Source of the DNA: Bacteriovoracaceae bacterium
GTDB taxonomy: Bacteria > Bdellovibrionota > Bacteriovoracia > Bacteriovoracales > Bacteriovoracaceae
Length of the DNA stretch: 64,000 nt
Assembly (NCBI GenBank): GCA_041586955.1
Contig: JBFGZE010000001.1
Coordinates: 1 to 64,000, forward strand
Direction: 5' to 3'
Part shown: piece by piece, positions 19,991 to 30,677 of the stretch
Layout of the letters: every line of letters starts with the position of its first letter
Numbering within the stretch: position 1 is the stretch's first letter
Notes under the pieces: generated by a model
What the model was told of the DNA's origin: nothing
The model's database searches: none
Seen by the model: only the letters and a program-made list of their open reading frames with translations
Translations under genes and position numbers: made by a program

Positions 19991-20236
19991 ATGCGTGAAA
20001 TTCAACTTAATTCTGCTAGTGAGAAAATTATTATCAGAAAGTGCCACGCTTGTGGCAAACTCAATGACTCTTACCGCGAAGTTCAACGTTGCGATAAATG
20101 TCGGAAAAGTTTTTTGCCTTTAAATTACTTTGGTAAGATTCATGCTAAAAATGAAACCGAATTTAAAAACCTTTTCGCCTCTTCTAATGAATTGACGGAC
20201 GATGACCTTTTGAAAGGCCTAATGGCACTTTGGTAA
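19991..20236 (+). CDS. Small zinc-ribbon protein
   Basis: CHAC and CDKC pairs. Confidence 0.7.
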   Translation: MREIQLNSASEKIIIRKCHACGKLNDSYREVQRCDKCRKSFLPLNYFGKIHAKNETEFKNLFASSNELTDDDLLKGLMALW

Positions 20237-20387
20237 ATCCAACTGAGATAACCATAATACTTTTAAATTAATTTATCCAACGCGTTCCATCATTACGCCT
20301 TTTTTCACCTTGTTAGAAGGTCCTCACGGTTGATGCAGGACAGGCAAGGTATTCCCGAAGGTGATTGGCCTATGCTATGATCGCCGC

Positions 20388-22109
20388 ATGCAAGAAACAC
20401 AATTAAAGGTCCAGGGACAAGGCCTTCATCCCGTTGTCCAAAAAATCCTAACCAAACGCGGTTTAAACCCTCAAGAAATCAATGAATTTTTCTCCTGGGA
20501 CCTATTATCTTTACCGGACCTTACTGCTCTACTCGATATTGATAAGGCGGCAACACGTCTGATTACCGCCATCGACCAAAAAGAGCTGATTGGCATTTAT
20601 GGTGATTACGATGTGGATGGAACAACCTCTTGCGCTCTCCTTTATCGCTTCTTTCAGATGCTTGGTGTTAGAGTTGAATTGATACAACCCAGCCGCTTTG
20701 TGGAGGGTTACGGGATTCACCCACCCTCTGTTGATAGCGCCCATGAAAAGGGCATAAAAGTATTAGTCACTGTTGATTGCGGTATTACCAATAATGAAGC
20801 CGCTGATCGCGCCAAAGAAGTGGGAATCGATTTAATTATTACTGATCATCATAAAGACGCACGAGAAGAAATGCCTACCGCCTTTGCCATCGTCAATCCA
20901 AGTCGAAGGGATGAACCTCAAGAGTCTCCACTTAAACCAATGGCCGGAGTTGGTGTGGCCTTTGCCTTAGGCCTTAAAATAAAACAACAATTAGAGGAAA
21001 TGGGACGCAAAATGCCTAGCCTTTATCCTCTTTTACAATATGTCGCAATTGGTACGATTTGTGATCTGGCGAAGCTTACTCCCCTTAATCTGAAATTAGT
21101 CCGCCATGGCCTCAAACAATTGCCCAAAACTCAATACGCTGGTCTACGCGCCTTTTTATCGCTTGAGGATCGCGCCAAGGAAGTTACAGAAAGTGAGAAA
21201 CTCTCCTTTAATATTGGCCCCATGATTAATTCTAAAGGTCGTTTAGAACATCCAGAAGCGGCCCTTAATCTCATCATTAGCGACGATTCAGATCAGGCCT
21301 TCCATTATTATTCTCAATTAGAAATCTGCAACAAAGAACGCAAATTTATCCAAGCAGAGGTTTTTAAGGGAGCAAAAGAGCAAGTGCTCAAATACATAGT
21401 CGACAACCCCTACCTCTCTATTTGTTATCACCCCGAATGGCATGAGGGTGTTATTGGCATTGTCGCCTCCAAATTAGTAGAAAACTTTAAAATCCCCGCA
21501 GTCGTTTTTACTGACGCTGAGGAAAAGGGAATTATTAAGGCCTCGGCCCGTAGCGCAGGGGATCTGAATCTTTTTGATTGCCTGCATGAGTGTCGCGACC
21601 TTTTTATTAAATTTGGCGGCCATAAGGCCGCGGCCGGACTTTCTATGCCAAAAGAAAATTTGGCGGAATTTAAAAAGCGAATGATAGCGCAATTAATCGA
21701 TGTTCCAGAGATTCTCAGAACTCAACAGGATTATTATGATTTAGAAATCAATCCGAATGAGATCAATCTCGATTTATTAAAGCACTTGGAACGTTTAGAA
21801 CCTTTTGGCATGGGAAATGCCAAACCTCGCTTTAAAATGAGGGGTGTTAAGCTAGCGAGTTTTGATTTATTAAAAGAAATTCATGTGCGCTGGAATTTTG
21901 AATCACAAGGTCGTCCCGTTAAAAATTTAAAGGGTATATCCTTTAATTATATTGGAAAATGGGGACATTCTCATCCACAGGAAATATTTGAAAACCAATC
22001 CCATAATCATAATGATTTAACGGTTTACTTTACTTTGGGTATTAACCATTTTCGAGGAGGGCAATTTATCCAACTCTATGTGGATAAAGTTACCCTCGGC
22101 GAATTTTGA
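20388..22109 (+). CDS. recJ: Single-stranded DNA exonuclease RecJ
   Basis: GDYDVDG, TVDCG, TDHH, GGHKAAAG, LEPFGMGN; ATG 20388 preferred over GTG 20361. Confidence 0.96.
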   Translation: MQETQLKVQGQGLHPVVQKILTKRGLNPQEINEFFSWDLLSLPDLTALLDIDKAATRLITAIDQKELIGIYGDYDVDGTTSCALLYRFFQMLGVRVELIQPSRFVEGYGIHPPSVDSAHEKGIKVLVTVDCGITNNEAADRAKEVGIDLIITDHHKDAREEMPTAFAIVNPSRRDEPQESPLKPMAGVGVAFALGLKIKQQLEEMGRKMPSLYPLLQYVAIGTICDLAKLTPLNLKLVRHGLKQLPKTQYAGLRAFLSLEDRAKEVTESEKLSFNIGPMINSKGRLEHPEAALNLIISDDSDQAFHYYSQLEICNKERKFIQAEVFKGAKEQVLKYIVDNPYLSICYHPEWHEGVIGIVASKLVENFKIPAVVFTDAEEKGIIKASARSAGDLNLFDCLHECRDLFIKFGGHKAAAGLSMPKENLAEFKKRMIAQLIDVPEILRTQQDYYDLEINPNEINLDLLKHLERLEPFGMGNAKPRFKMRGVKLASFDLLKEIHVRWNFESQGRPVKNLKGISFNYIGKWGHSHPQEIFENQSHNHNDLTVYFTLGINHFRGGQFIQLYVDKVTLGEF

Positions 22110-22649
22110 TTATTGAGGTCTAATAACTGTGACTTTTTCCATCACAATATCATTTATTGGACGGTCTTGAGCTCCAGTTGGTGTTGTGCCAATTGCCTTC
22201 ACAACGTCCATTCCTTCAATCACTTTACCAAAAACAGTATGGCGGCCATCCAGGTGAGGGGTTGGAGCAAGGGTAATAAAAAATTGCGAGCCGTTTGTTC
22301 CAGGCCCTGCGTTGGCCATGGAAAAAACACCCTCACTATCATGCTTTAATTCCGGTGTGCACTCATCTTCGAAGCGGTATCCTGGCCCACCAGTTCCCTT
22401 ACCATCTGGGCAGCCACCTTGAATCATAAAACCTTCAATCACACGGTGAAAAATAAGGCCATCATAATAAGGTCCACCTTTTTTGCTTTCTTGTCTGCCT
22501 TCTGCGAGGTTTACAAAGTTCCAAACTGTTTCTGGACATTCCTTAGCATAAAGTTCAGCTGTAAACTCACCTTTATTAGTTGTAAACTTAACGTTTAAAC
22601 GATCAATATTTTCCTTATGATCACTCTTTGTTGTACTAAATCCAAACAT
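22110..22649 (-). CDS. Cyclophilin-type peptidyl-prolyl isomerase
   Basis: [39 protein letters not shown]. Confidence 0.97.
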   Translation of the reverse strand: MFGFSTTKSDHKENIDRLNVKFTTNKGEFTAELYAKECPETVWNFVNLAEGRQESKKGGPYYDGLIFHRVIEGFMIQGGCPDGKGTGGPGYRFEDECTPELKHDSEGVFSMANAGPGTNGSQFFITLAPTPHLDGRHTVFGKVIEGMDVVKAIGTTPTGAQDRPINDIVMEKVTVIRPQ

Positions 22650-22658
22650 ATTAACTCC

Positions 22659-23435
22659 TTAGTATTTTGTCATTTTATCGTAACCACGAAACTCTTTAAC
22701 TTTCTTTTCACTCGGACCGACAAAAAGAACCTCTTTATCGTCACCGATGATCATCTTTAAATTAACTCCGATATTATCTGATAACTCCATCTTCTCACTA
22801 TAGGGAGAGAAATAGTCATAGGAGATAAGCGAGTATTCAAGATCCAATTTAATAACACTTGAAATAAATCTTTGCAATTCTTTACCGTTGAGGCAATGGC
22901 TTAGAAAGACGGGATAGTATTGAATTCCAACAGGGCCATCAATCCAACGAACAATTTTTTTCGCATCTTGTACATCATGAATGGCGCGATCGACCCAAAT
23001 AACGGCAATTTTATTATGCTTGGGAGAACGAAAGGATTTAACATCAGCTTGAACCTGCTCTGACCAGCGGAAGAACAACTTCTCCTCTTCTTTAAGAGGT
23101 AAAAAGCGCAGTCCCGACTTTCCTTTTAATTCACGATAAGACTCATTAAAGCCTCCCTGTAAGTGAAGGATTTGATCATACTTAAGGTCAAGGGACATTG
23201 AAATTGAATTAAAATTGAGAAATCTTACTCCGCCCTCGCGCCGGCAGGAGCTGACATTACTAAAATTTGCCCATTTTGGTAAATCAGAAAGAAAGTATTT
23301 AGAGACGCCCGAATTAATATAATACTCACCGACCTCATAGCGGCGTAAATTACGTTCATGGGCACAGCTAATAAAAAAAAGGGCTAAGAACGGGAGAAGA
23401 ATCCCAATAACTTTTCTTCGATAGACTTTAAGCAT
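22659..23435 (-). CDS. Hypothetical lipoprotein
   Basis: Hydrophobic stretch with lipobox FFISC. Confidence 0.65.
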   Translation of the reverse strand: MLKVYRRKVIGILLPFLALFFISCAHERNLRRYEVGEYYINSGVSKYFLSDLPKWANFSNVSSCRREGGVRFLNFNSISMSLDLKYDQILHLQGGFNESYRELKGKSGLRFLPLKEEEKLFFRWSEQVQADVKSFRSPKHNKIAVIWVDRAIHDVQDAKKIVRWIDGPVGIQYYPVFLSHCLNGKELQRFISSVIKLDLEYSLISYDYFSPYSEKMELSDNIGVNLKMIIGDDKEVLFVGPSEKKVKEFRGYDKMTKY

Positions 23436-24688
23436 TTAATTTGTTCCTTCAACAATTGATCAGGTGTTTGTTGCCCCAATTCTTGCTTAACTTGGAAAAA
23501 CCCTGGTTCTGACTCAAAGATTATCACGCCACCGGGTAGCTCACAAGGCTTATCCATATCGAGATAGGGATATTGAAGTGAATAGGGCGTACTTTCAAGG
23601 GCAGTCAAAATAAGATCCACACCGCGAGTAATAAACTCTTTTTGCTCTTTGGCATCTTCAAGAAAGTCAGGGTATTCCATGGTAACAAATAGACCTTCTT
23701 GATCAATCAAGCGATCCATTGAAGTTAGCAAATAACTCTTAAAGAAATTAAGCCGGCGTTCAGGCATTTTTGGCTCAGGAATTTTAGTCCTCTCATGCAG
23801 TGATCGATTACGCCATTCATAAACTGATTTCTCAAAGACTTCACATTCTTGGCGATAAACATTTTCATAATCTTCAAAAGTATCGAGAATTCCCTCCAAA
23901 CTCTTTTCACTTCCCGATTGGGTCCATTTGAATGGCAACTCATGATGAGTTAAATTGATTTCCTTTTCCTTAAGCCCCACTTCCTTTAAAAGTAAACTAA
24001 GGGACTTCGCAATCCAATAATCATCGCCGTTAATGAAGATACGCTTGGCCTCTAATAACTTTTCCCAATTATTTAATAAACCAAGGCCCGCCAAAACGAC
24101 CTCTTCACCATGATTCTTTTCATTGAGGGCCGGTGCATTTGCAGCGCCCATCGTTTGCTCTCGTAACCAAAAGTCCCGACAATCCATAACAATATCAAAG
24201 TCCTCAATGAGTTCAATGTCTTGCTCTAGAGAGTTTAAAACTTCTTCACCAAGTCCTTTCGCCATCTCAGGATTTTTCTCTGCCCAATTTTTTATATCAC
24301 CACCAGGACGGGAACTGTAAACTAAACGGAACAAGTCAACCAGTCGGCTCTTACCTTGGACTGTGTGCTGACCACGAGTCAAAAATCGTTTTTGAATCCG
24401 CTGAATTTTATTATATTTAAGGACGATACGCCCCTCTAAGGAGGCCAGGACCTCATTCCAAAATTTTTGCGAGCCTTGCCAAGTCGTGGGAATTTTATCT
24501 TTCGGCCACTCTAATAATTCGTGGAGTTCAGCTGCGGGAAATGGAGATTCATGGAAATGAGAGGCCAATTGCCCCCAATTTTCTCCAGGATTTTCTGCCA
24601 TAAACAGGGACACTGATCCCCCTATTTTAGAGAAGTAATCCGCTGCTAGAAGTCCGACCGGTGTGGCACCACAAATTGCTATTTTCAT
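23384..24688 (-). CDS. Hypothetical protein with degenerate N-terminal Rossmann (FAD/NAD) motif
   Basis: MKIAICGATPVGLLAA resembles a dinucleotide-binding start; remainder unrecognised. Confidence 0.6.
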   Translation of the reverse strand: MKIAICGATPVGLLAADYFSKIGGSVSLFMAENPGENWGQLASHFHESPFPAAELHELLEWPKDKIPTTWQGSQKFWNEVLASLEGRIVLKYNKIQRIQKRFLTRGQHTVQGKSRLVDLFRLVYSSRPGGDIKNWAEKNPEMAKGLGEEVLNSLEQDIELIEDFDIVMDCRDFWLREQTMGAANAPALNEKNHGEEVVLAGLGLLNNWEKLLEAKRIFINGDDYWIAKSLSLLLKEVGLKEKEINLTHHELPFKWTQSGSEKSLEGILDTFEDYENVYRQECEVFEKSVYEWRNRSLHERTKIPEPKMPERRLNFFKSYLLTSMDRLIDQEGLFVTMEYPDFLEDAKEQKEFITRGVDLILTALESTPYSLQYPYLDMDKPCELPGGVIIFESEPGFFQVKQELGQQTPDQLLKEQIKCLKSIEEKLLGFFSRS

Positions 24689-24770
24689 GGCGAGCACCTT
24701 ATCATAATTGAGCAGGGACTAAAAGGGCATTACCTTTCCTAACTATCTAATATTATGTGGAATTTTAGAA

Positions 24771-25232
24771 CTAAAGGAAAAAGACGCGACTATCGCCTTT
24801 ATCAAGCGAAGAGTGCTCTGCAAATTTATACATAAACTCAATAAAGCTCTCGAGCGCCTCAAACGACGGCATAGAGCGATCAAACTCACAGCCATAACGC
24901 ATATAGGCACTCCCATCCTTTTCAATAAACTCTTTCCCATACTTAACGTTAACAATAGCAGGTATAAATGAGTGTTGAGTGAAATAGACTCTCAAAGTGA
25001 TTTCTTTATCACTTTCAAACTTAGTATCCTTTTTAAAGTTCCAAGGAATCTGAAAAAGACAACCTTCACGAGAAATATCAACAAGAGTTACAGGGTAAAT
25101 AGATCCGGCGTTATCGATGACAGTATAGGCCCCTAAAAAGTTTTCGAATAGAACTCGCTCGAAAGTTCTGCGCTTTGCTTCAATACTTTCTTTACGTTTA
25201 CCTACAAAGTCTAAAATTTTATCATCGGCCAT
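24771..25232 (-). CDS. Stand-alone PilZ domain protein
   Basis: RTFER (RxxxR) and DISREG (DxSxxG) c-di-GMP motifs. Confidence 0.85.
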   Translation of the reverse strand: MADDKILDFVGKRKESIEAKRRTFERVLFENFLGAYTVIDNAGSIYPVTLVDISREGCLFQIPWNFKKDTKFESDKEITLRVYFTQHSFIPAIVNVKYGKEFIEKDGSAYMRYGCEFDRSMPSFEALESFIEFMYKFAEHSSLDKGDSRVFFL

Positions 25233-25320
25233 AAAACCCTCCTGTCACAGGTCTTATCGTCGTAAACAAGTCAAAAATTTAAAGAATTTTTGATAGAAGA
25301 AAATATGGCCTAACGGTCAA

Positions 25321-26268
25321 TTATTTACTCCAGGAAGGTTTTTGAGAAATTTCCTCAAGTAACCCTTTATAGGAGCTAAGACGTGACTGAAGGAGTTCAT
25401 GCTCGTATTCGTTATGATTATCTGACCAAAAAGCACAGCCTTGGGCCTTTTCATCATGCTGGCAATTGGTAAATTGGCATTTGAGGGCAATTTCATGTAA
25501 GTCAGGGAAAAGTGGCAGGAGCTCATCTGCCAAAATATCATTAATAGAAAAAGAGCGAATCCCTGGAGAATCGATTAATTGAAAAGATTGGCAATCGACA
25601 ATTTCAGACCAAGTGGTGGTATGCTTTCCCTTACCGGCCTTCCCCACTTTCTTGGTTCTTAAATCAACAACCCCATCGCTTAATAGTGAAATCGTTTTAC
25701 TTTTCCCCACCCCTGATTGACCAAGAAAAATGGCGGTTTTATTTTTAAGATAGTCTTTTAACTCTTCGAGATTTTCTGATTTTTCAGGGAACTTAGCACT
25801 AATTTTAAAAGACTTAAGGCCAAGTGTTTTTAAACGGTCCTGTTCAAATTCAAGATTGAGTTTATCAGGATCAAACTCATCAATCTTATTAAAAATAATG
25901 ATTGGCTCAAGCCCCCATTGATAGGCGCGCACCAAGAAGCGATCAATAATTCCCTGCTTAAAGGCCGGCTTAGAGACAGAATTTAAAATAACAAGAATAT
26001 CACAATTGGAAGCGGTGGTTTTCTTTTTTTGTTCCCGAATAGAAATGCGAAAGATTTCAGTTTTACGCGGTTCCATTTCCATAATGGTCCACGAATTTTC
26101 TTCGGCCTCTTTTTTAATAAAAACGTAATCACCAGGAACCAAAGACTTTGGAGATTTAACTAAATTGCCTAGAGCACACGCAATAATACGTTCACCAGTA
26201 TCAAGAATTTTACATTCAAATTCACGCTTACCTGACTTATAAATTCTGGCCTTAATTAAATCATCCAT
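25321..26268 (-). CDS. rsgA: Ribosome small subunit-dependent GTPase A
   Basis: NKID, GQSGVGKS, GKHTTT, DSPG, CQFTNCQH...GC zinc finger. Confidence 0.95.
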   Translation of the reverse strand: MDDLIKARIYKSGKREFECKILDTGERIIACALGNLVKSPKSLVPGDYVFIKKEAEENSWTIMEMEPRKTEIFRISIREQKKKTTASNCDILVILNSVSKPAFKQGIIDRFLVRAYQWGLEPIIIFNKIDEFDPDKLNLEFEQDRLKTLGLKSFKISAKFPEKSENLEELKDYLKNKTAIFLGQSGVGKSKTISLLSDGVVDLRTKKVGKAGKGKHTTTWSEIVDCQSFQLIDSPGIRSFSINDILADELLPLFPDLHEIALKCQFTNCQHDEKAQGCAFWSDNHNEYEHELLQSRLSSYKGLLEEISQKPSWSK

Positions 26269-27619
26269 CTAAACTCATAAACCCCATGGGGAAGAATTGA
26301 TTATTGGGATCGAAATAATTCTTTAAAAGGGAGAACATCTCTCTTTGGGCCGGACGGTAAAATCCTTTAATAAATGGTTGTTTGATCAAACCAATCCCAT
26401 GCTCAGCAAAAGGGGAGCCCTTCATTTCAATCACTTTCCTATACAGTTCTTCCAGGATTTTTTGGCAGGTGTCAACCTGGTCTGGCCTAGGCATGTAGTT
26501 AAAGTGAAGATGAGCATCTCCAAAGTGGCCAAAAAGAGTATAGGGGACCCCCTCCTGCGTCATTCCTTTATAAAGCGCCATTAAGTCAGCGAATTGCCCA
26601 GGCCTAACCTGGACATCAGTTCCCTTCTTCAGTACACCCATTTTTTGATTTGATTCAAATACATAGCGTGGAATATTAACACGCAATTCTTGACACTTGG
26701 CCTGAGACATTTCAAACATTTGCTCAATATTGACACTCGAAATTTGGCTTAAGAGAGACTCATAAACGTCTTCAAATGAATTCTCATCAATCTCTAAAAA
26801 GACAATATCCCCATCGACTACAGGTCGCATCTCTTCAGGCAAATAACCGAGACTATGATGGTCTATAAATTCACAGGAATAAACTCGGTCCCGGTAATTT
26901 TGGATTTTTTCAAAAACCTCGATATGAGGAGCAAAGTCCTGGTCCCAGCGAGGAAGATTGAGAAAAATATAAGTGAGGTTACATTTAGCAATCGTTTGCA
27001 AATGAACTTCAGTAATCACTCCCAATTGTCCTTCAAAGCCGGACATTAAATCCGTTTCAAACTCCAAGCGAGGGAAGGGGGCATTTTTAAAGCCTTTGTA
27101 AAGCTCATAGTCTTTTTGATAACGCCTTAAAATATCCCGAGCAGCCTCCTCTTGAAAAAGAGGATGATCGATTAATTTATTTTGGCGAGATAATTCCTGT
27201 TCTTCCCCTCTAGAGTCCACAAACCGAATGGACTCAACTTGATCGCGAAGGGTTCCGTGGGCAAAGCATCTCTCGCCAGTCGCCGATGTGGCCACTCCAG
27301 AAAGTATCGCTGCCAATTCCTCTGTAGGAGATGTCATAATTTGACGACCAGATGCCATACATAAGGACTTTGCCTCCTGCCAGGTAAAATGACCCCTTAC
27401 TTTCAAAACATCTCCATCCAACTCAGCTTGTGGTGGAACACCTGAAAGATCCCAAAGAGAACCATTAAATTGAGGGAAATTCTGATCGACAAATGCCTCA
27501 ATTTTCTCAAATGGAATAACCATAGAGGTACGAGAACCGATCGGGATGCCTCTATCGCCCTGTTTCAAACAGGCCTTCAAAGCATCAATATTATTTATTG
27601 ATTTCCATTGTAAAGTCAT
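26261..27619 (-). CDS. FAD-binding oxidoreductase (GlcD/D-lactate dehydrogenase-like, VAO family)
   Basis: GFEGQLGVITEV, FGHFGDAHLH, AEHGIG; start placed at MTLQWKS. Confidence 0.85.
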   Translation of the reverse strand: MTLQWKSINNIDALKACLKQGDRGIPIGSRTSMVIPFEKIEAFVDQNFPQFNGSLWDLSGVPPQAELDGDVLKVRGHFTWQEAKSLCMASGRQIMTSPTEELAAILSGVATSATGERCFAHGTLRDQVESIRFVDSRGEEQELSRQNKLIDHPLFQEEAARDILRRYQKDYELYKGFKNAPFPRLEFETDLMSGFEGQLGVITEVHLQTIAKCNLTYIFLNLPRWDQDFAPHIEVFEKIQNYRDRVYSCEFIDHHSLGYLPEEMRPVVDGDIVFLEIDENSFEDVYESLLSQISSVNIEQMFEMSQAKCQELRVNIPRYVFESNQKMGVLKKGTDVQVRPGQFADLMALYKGMTQEGVPYTLFGHFGDAHLHFNYMPRPDQVDTCQKILEELYRKVIEMKGSPFAEHGIGLIKQPFIKGFYRPAQREMFSLLKNYFDPNNQFFPMGFMSLDG

Positions 27620-27681
27620 GACCCTATTATAAACAAATTGATATTTTTTGGGGTAATTAAAATAAACACCCCGCATTATGA

Positions 27682-27710
27682 TTGACAATAAACCTATAAA
27701 CTATTAAGTT
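27682..27710 (+). promoter_or_regulatory. Sigma70 promoter for tRNA-Arg
   Basis: TTGACA-N17-TAAGTT upstream of the tRNA. Confidence 0.6.
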
Positions 27711-27723
27711 GAACCACCTCAGT

Positions 27724-27800
<77 letters not shown>

Positions 27801-27898
27801 TTATTTTTTCAAGTGGCCGAAGTCTCTAAACAAAATCCCATTAGCCCCATCAAAAGAAACTTCTGACAAATGGTTTCAATCTAACATAAGATATTTCT

Positions 27899-28738
27899 AT
27901 GGGACTAAAGAACGAACAAGATAATGTAGAATGCCAAACAATTAATCCAGAACTCAAGGATACGGAAACCGAAACTGCGAACAAGTCAAATCGAAAAGAG
28001 CGACACAATGTTCATGCTCGGACCTCTGATTTACCAGGTATCGCTGGAATTCTCGAAACCCTGGTCCGCACCTTTAGAAGTGCCTCTTTCATATTTATTA
28101 TCGCTCCCCTTGCGATTATTTATACGGTGGCCATAGGTCTCGCACTAAGCCCCGGTTATATGTTGACCCAATTTATTTATGAACGCACCCAAGATAGCTC
28201 GCTATTTCTTCAGGCCTTTTCAGTCTGCTCAAGCGTGGCGATCACTTATTTTATCTATGGCCTGACAATTATATTTATCGTTCCCTTTTTTAATAAAATC
28301 TTATTTCTCAAATTAAAACCATGGCGCGGAGGCTGGTTCTCTCTTGGAGCTTTGCCCTGGTATTATCATAATGCTCTCACTCAATTAGTGCGTTACACCT
28401 TTCTCGATTTGGTCACACCATCCCCGCTCAATGTTCTCTTTTATAAAATGATGGGAATGAAAGTTGGAAAAGGCGTGATGATTAATACCACTAATATTTC
28501 TGACCCCTGCCTTATTACACTGGAAGATAATGTCACGATTGGTGGTTCGGCCACTATATTTGCCCATTATGCGCAGGCCGGATATTTAGTGCTAGCACCA
28601 GTGGTCGTTAAAAAGGGGGCCACAGTAGGCCTAAAGGCGTCCATTATGGGCGATGTCATTGTTGGAGAAAAAGTCACGGTGAAACCACATAATATTCTTC
28701 TTCCCAAAACTCGTCTCAATAAGGGTGACCCTCAATAA
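27899..28738 (+). CDS. Membrane protein with C-terminal left-handed beta-helix (acyltransferase-like)
   Basis: TM helices, then YKMMGMKVGKGVMI, LITLEDNVTIG, VVVKKGATVG hexapeptide repeats. Confidence 0.75.
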   Translation: MGLKNEQDNVECQTINPELKDTETETANKSNRKERHNVHARTSDLPGIAGILETLVRTFRSASFIFIIAPLAIIYTVAIGLALSPGYMLTQFIYERTQDSSLFLQAFSVCSSVAITYFIYGLTIIFIVPFFNKILFLKLKPWRGGWFSLGALPWYYHNALTQLVRYTFLDLVTPSPLNVLFYKMMGMKVGKGVMINTTNISDPCLITLEDNVTIGGSATIFAHYAQAGYLVLAPVVVKKGATVGLKASIMGDVIVGEKVTVKPHNILLPKTRLNKGDPQ

Positions 28739-28745
28739 AGAACAA

Positions 28746-29402
28746 CTAAGTTTTTATTAAAAGACTTATCACAGAATCGGCGTGAGTATGCCCATGGGCG
28801 CGCACTCGCTCCCCTTTCATCTCATGATTGACACGAAGAACCTCTTGATGAGTAAACGAGCTTTTGGTTTTATCAATAACTTCATCTAAAGGGACCTCAT
28901 GAGGAGGTCCTTCATTATAGGTTCCATCCATTTCAAAAGTATTAAGATGAACCTTAGATCCAACAGGAAGCAAATTGGCCAAATGAGTGAGATAATCAGT
29001 TCTCATATTGGGTGGTAAGGCAACAATAGCTGCTCGGTCGTAGACAAAATCAATTTTTGGCAAATCGTTTTTAGCTAATTTAAAAAAATCACCTTTCATT
29101 AAAGTAATGCCAGGTGAACGATAAATTTTAAAATTCTTCGTTTCCTCTACTTGAAAGGAAATACCATTCTCTTGAAAAAAAGAATGAATCGCGAGCTCGC
29201 TCAATTCAACGCCGTAGACATCAAATCCTTGATCCCGCAGATAAATGATATCGAGGGTTTTTCCACATAAAGGAATCAGAATGGTTGCACCCCTGGGTAA
29301 TTGGTAATGCGGTAGTGATTCAACTAAAAAGGGATTGGGTTTATCAAGATGGAACCTTGTATTTCCATTTTCCCAGGCCTCTAACCAAAATTGATGTTCC
29401 AT
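28746..29402 (-). CDS. tpm: Thiopurine S-methyltransferase family
   Basis: FWLEAW, IPLCGKTLD, GVELSELA, GDFF, YDRAAIVALP, GPP. Confidence 0.93.
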   Translation of the reverse strand: MEHQFWLEAWENGNTRFHLDKPNPFLVESLPHYQLPRGATILIPLCGKTLDIIYLRDQGFDVYGVELSELAIHSFFQENGISFQVEETKNFKIYRSPGITLMKGDFFKLAKNDLPKIDFVYDRAAIVALPPNMRTDYLTHLANLLPVGSKVHLNTFEMDGTYNEGPPHEVPLDEVIDKTKSSFTHQEVLRVNHEMKGERVRAHGHTHADSVISLLIKT

Positions 29403-29506
29403 AAATCTCCCGCATTAAAGATACGCTTTAACTAATCTCACGAGAATTATGGCATATGGATTAAAAATCTGTCTACAGACTGGTTATTCCCAGTCAGAAA
29501 CCCATC

Positions 29507-30223
29507 TTATTTGTCTAAATAGAAAAAACTACGACTCACAGGGCGAGGAGGCTTTTCCCTATCGGCCGGTAATGATTTGCCCCGGCGGTAGGACTGACGA
29601 TTGGGATCTGCGGCGCACTCCAATTGAAATTGAACGAGCCCTTGTAAAACCTTCATTAAGTTTTGATAGTCAGAGCTAATTGGTGAAATATTTTTATTAT
29701 CCCAGTTTTCCATCACCTGATAAATGGACTCAATAGTAGAGATCGCCATGGCATCAGGCTGGGTTTTAATGGAAAATTGAGAGCGAATATTGGCATCAAA
29801 ACTAAGGCGCGGTAAGTTGTGAAGAATGGTACTTTCACGCATCATTTTCTTGGCGTGGCACCAAGTTCCATCAATCACAATTAATAGTAATTTCTTTCCT
29901 TCCCAAGGGAAAGAATTAATCAAAGGATCGGATATATTGAGACTTTCATGGCCTGGGTAAAGAACCATTGGATAATAATCATCGTTATTTAAATATTCTT
30001 GCAATTGCAGGTCATCATTGAAATTGATGCCCATTAAAATGCTTGAATTTTTAATACTCAAATGCGCCAATCGTCCGGTTCCCACCTTCTCACGCTTCCA
30101 CTCTTTAGGGTGCATTAAAATTAACAATTCAAAAGGTGAATTAAAAGGTTTGACCAATTGGCACAAGCAAGCGGCTTTTGCGCGGAAACATTTCCAGCAA
30201 TAATTTCGTCTTTTAACTTCCAT
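29507..30223 (-). CDS. DTW domain protein (tRNA-uridine aminocarboxypropyltransferase-like)
   Basis: CWKC...CLC, HPKE, TGRL, IDGTW, STIES. Confidence 0.9.
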   Translation of the reverse strand: MEVKRRNYCWKCFRAKAACLCQLVKPFNSPFELLILMHPKEWKREKVGTGRLAHLSIKNSSILMGINFNDDLQLQEYLNNDDYYPMVLYPGHESLNISDPLINSFPWEGKKLLLIVIDGTWCHAKKMMRESTILHNLPRLSFDANIRSQFSIKTQPDAMAISTIESIYQVMENWDNKNISPISSDYQNLMKVLQGLVQFQLECAADPNRQSYRRGKSLPADREKPPRPVSRSFFYLDK

Positions 30224-30556
30224 CTATAATTCTAAATACACTTCTTTATCAAAACCGAAGGCCATAACTGTGCCATTATTCTCTAATATAGGGCGTTTAA
30301 TAGCTGAGGTATTTTCCTGTATTAAAGTCATTTTTTGAGTATCATCGGCCTGCTCAAATGTCTCTTTAATTTGTTTGTAGATACGGCCACGATTATTGAC
30401 TGGCCAATCACCAAAAGACTCCTTCCAACGGAGAATATCTTCATCGCTAGGGACCTGTTTTTTAAAATCCACAAATTCATATGAGATCCCCGCCTCGGCC
30501 AATGCTTGGCGTGCTTTTTTAACAGTATCGCAATTGGGTATGCCGTATAATCTCAT
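30224..30556 (-). CDS. ArsC/Spx family protein (YffB-like)
   Basis: LYGIPNCDTVKKA and IKRPIL; start at MRLYG. Confidence 0.9.
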   Translation of the reverse strand: MRLYGIPNCDTVKKARQALAEAGISYEFVDFKKQVPSDEDILRWKESFGDWPVNNRGRIYKQIKETFEQADDTQKMTLIQENTSAIKRPILENNGTVMAFGFDKEVYLEL

Positions 30557-30677
30557 AAATGACTCCTTGAAGCACATCAATGTATTTCGCTCAATTGGAT
30601 TCGTCATCCGCAGTGCGCCAAAAAGATTTTAAGGAGCTTTTCTTGCCAAGGATTCATCCATTCATTAAAAAGGATTC

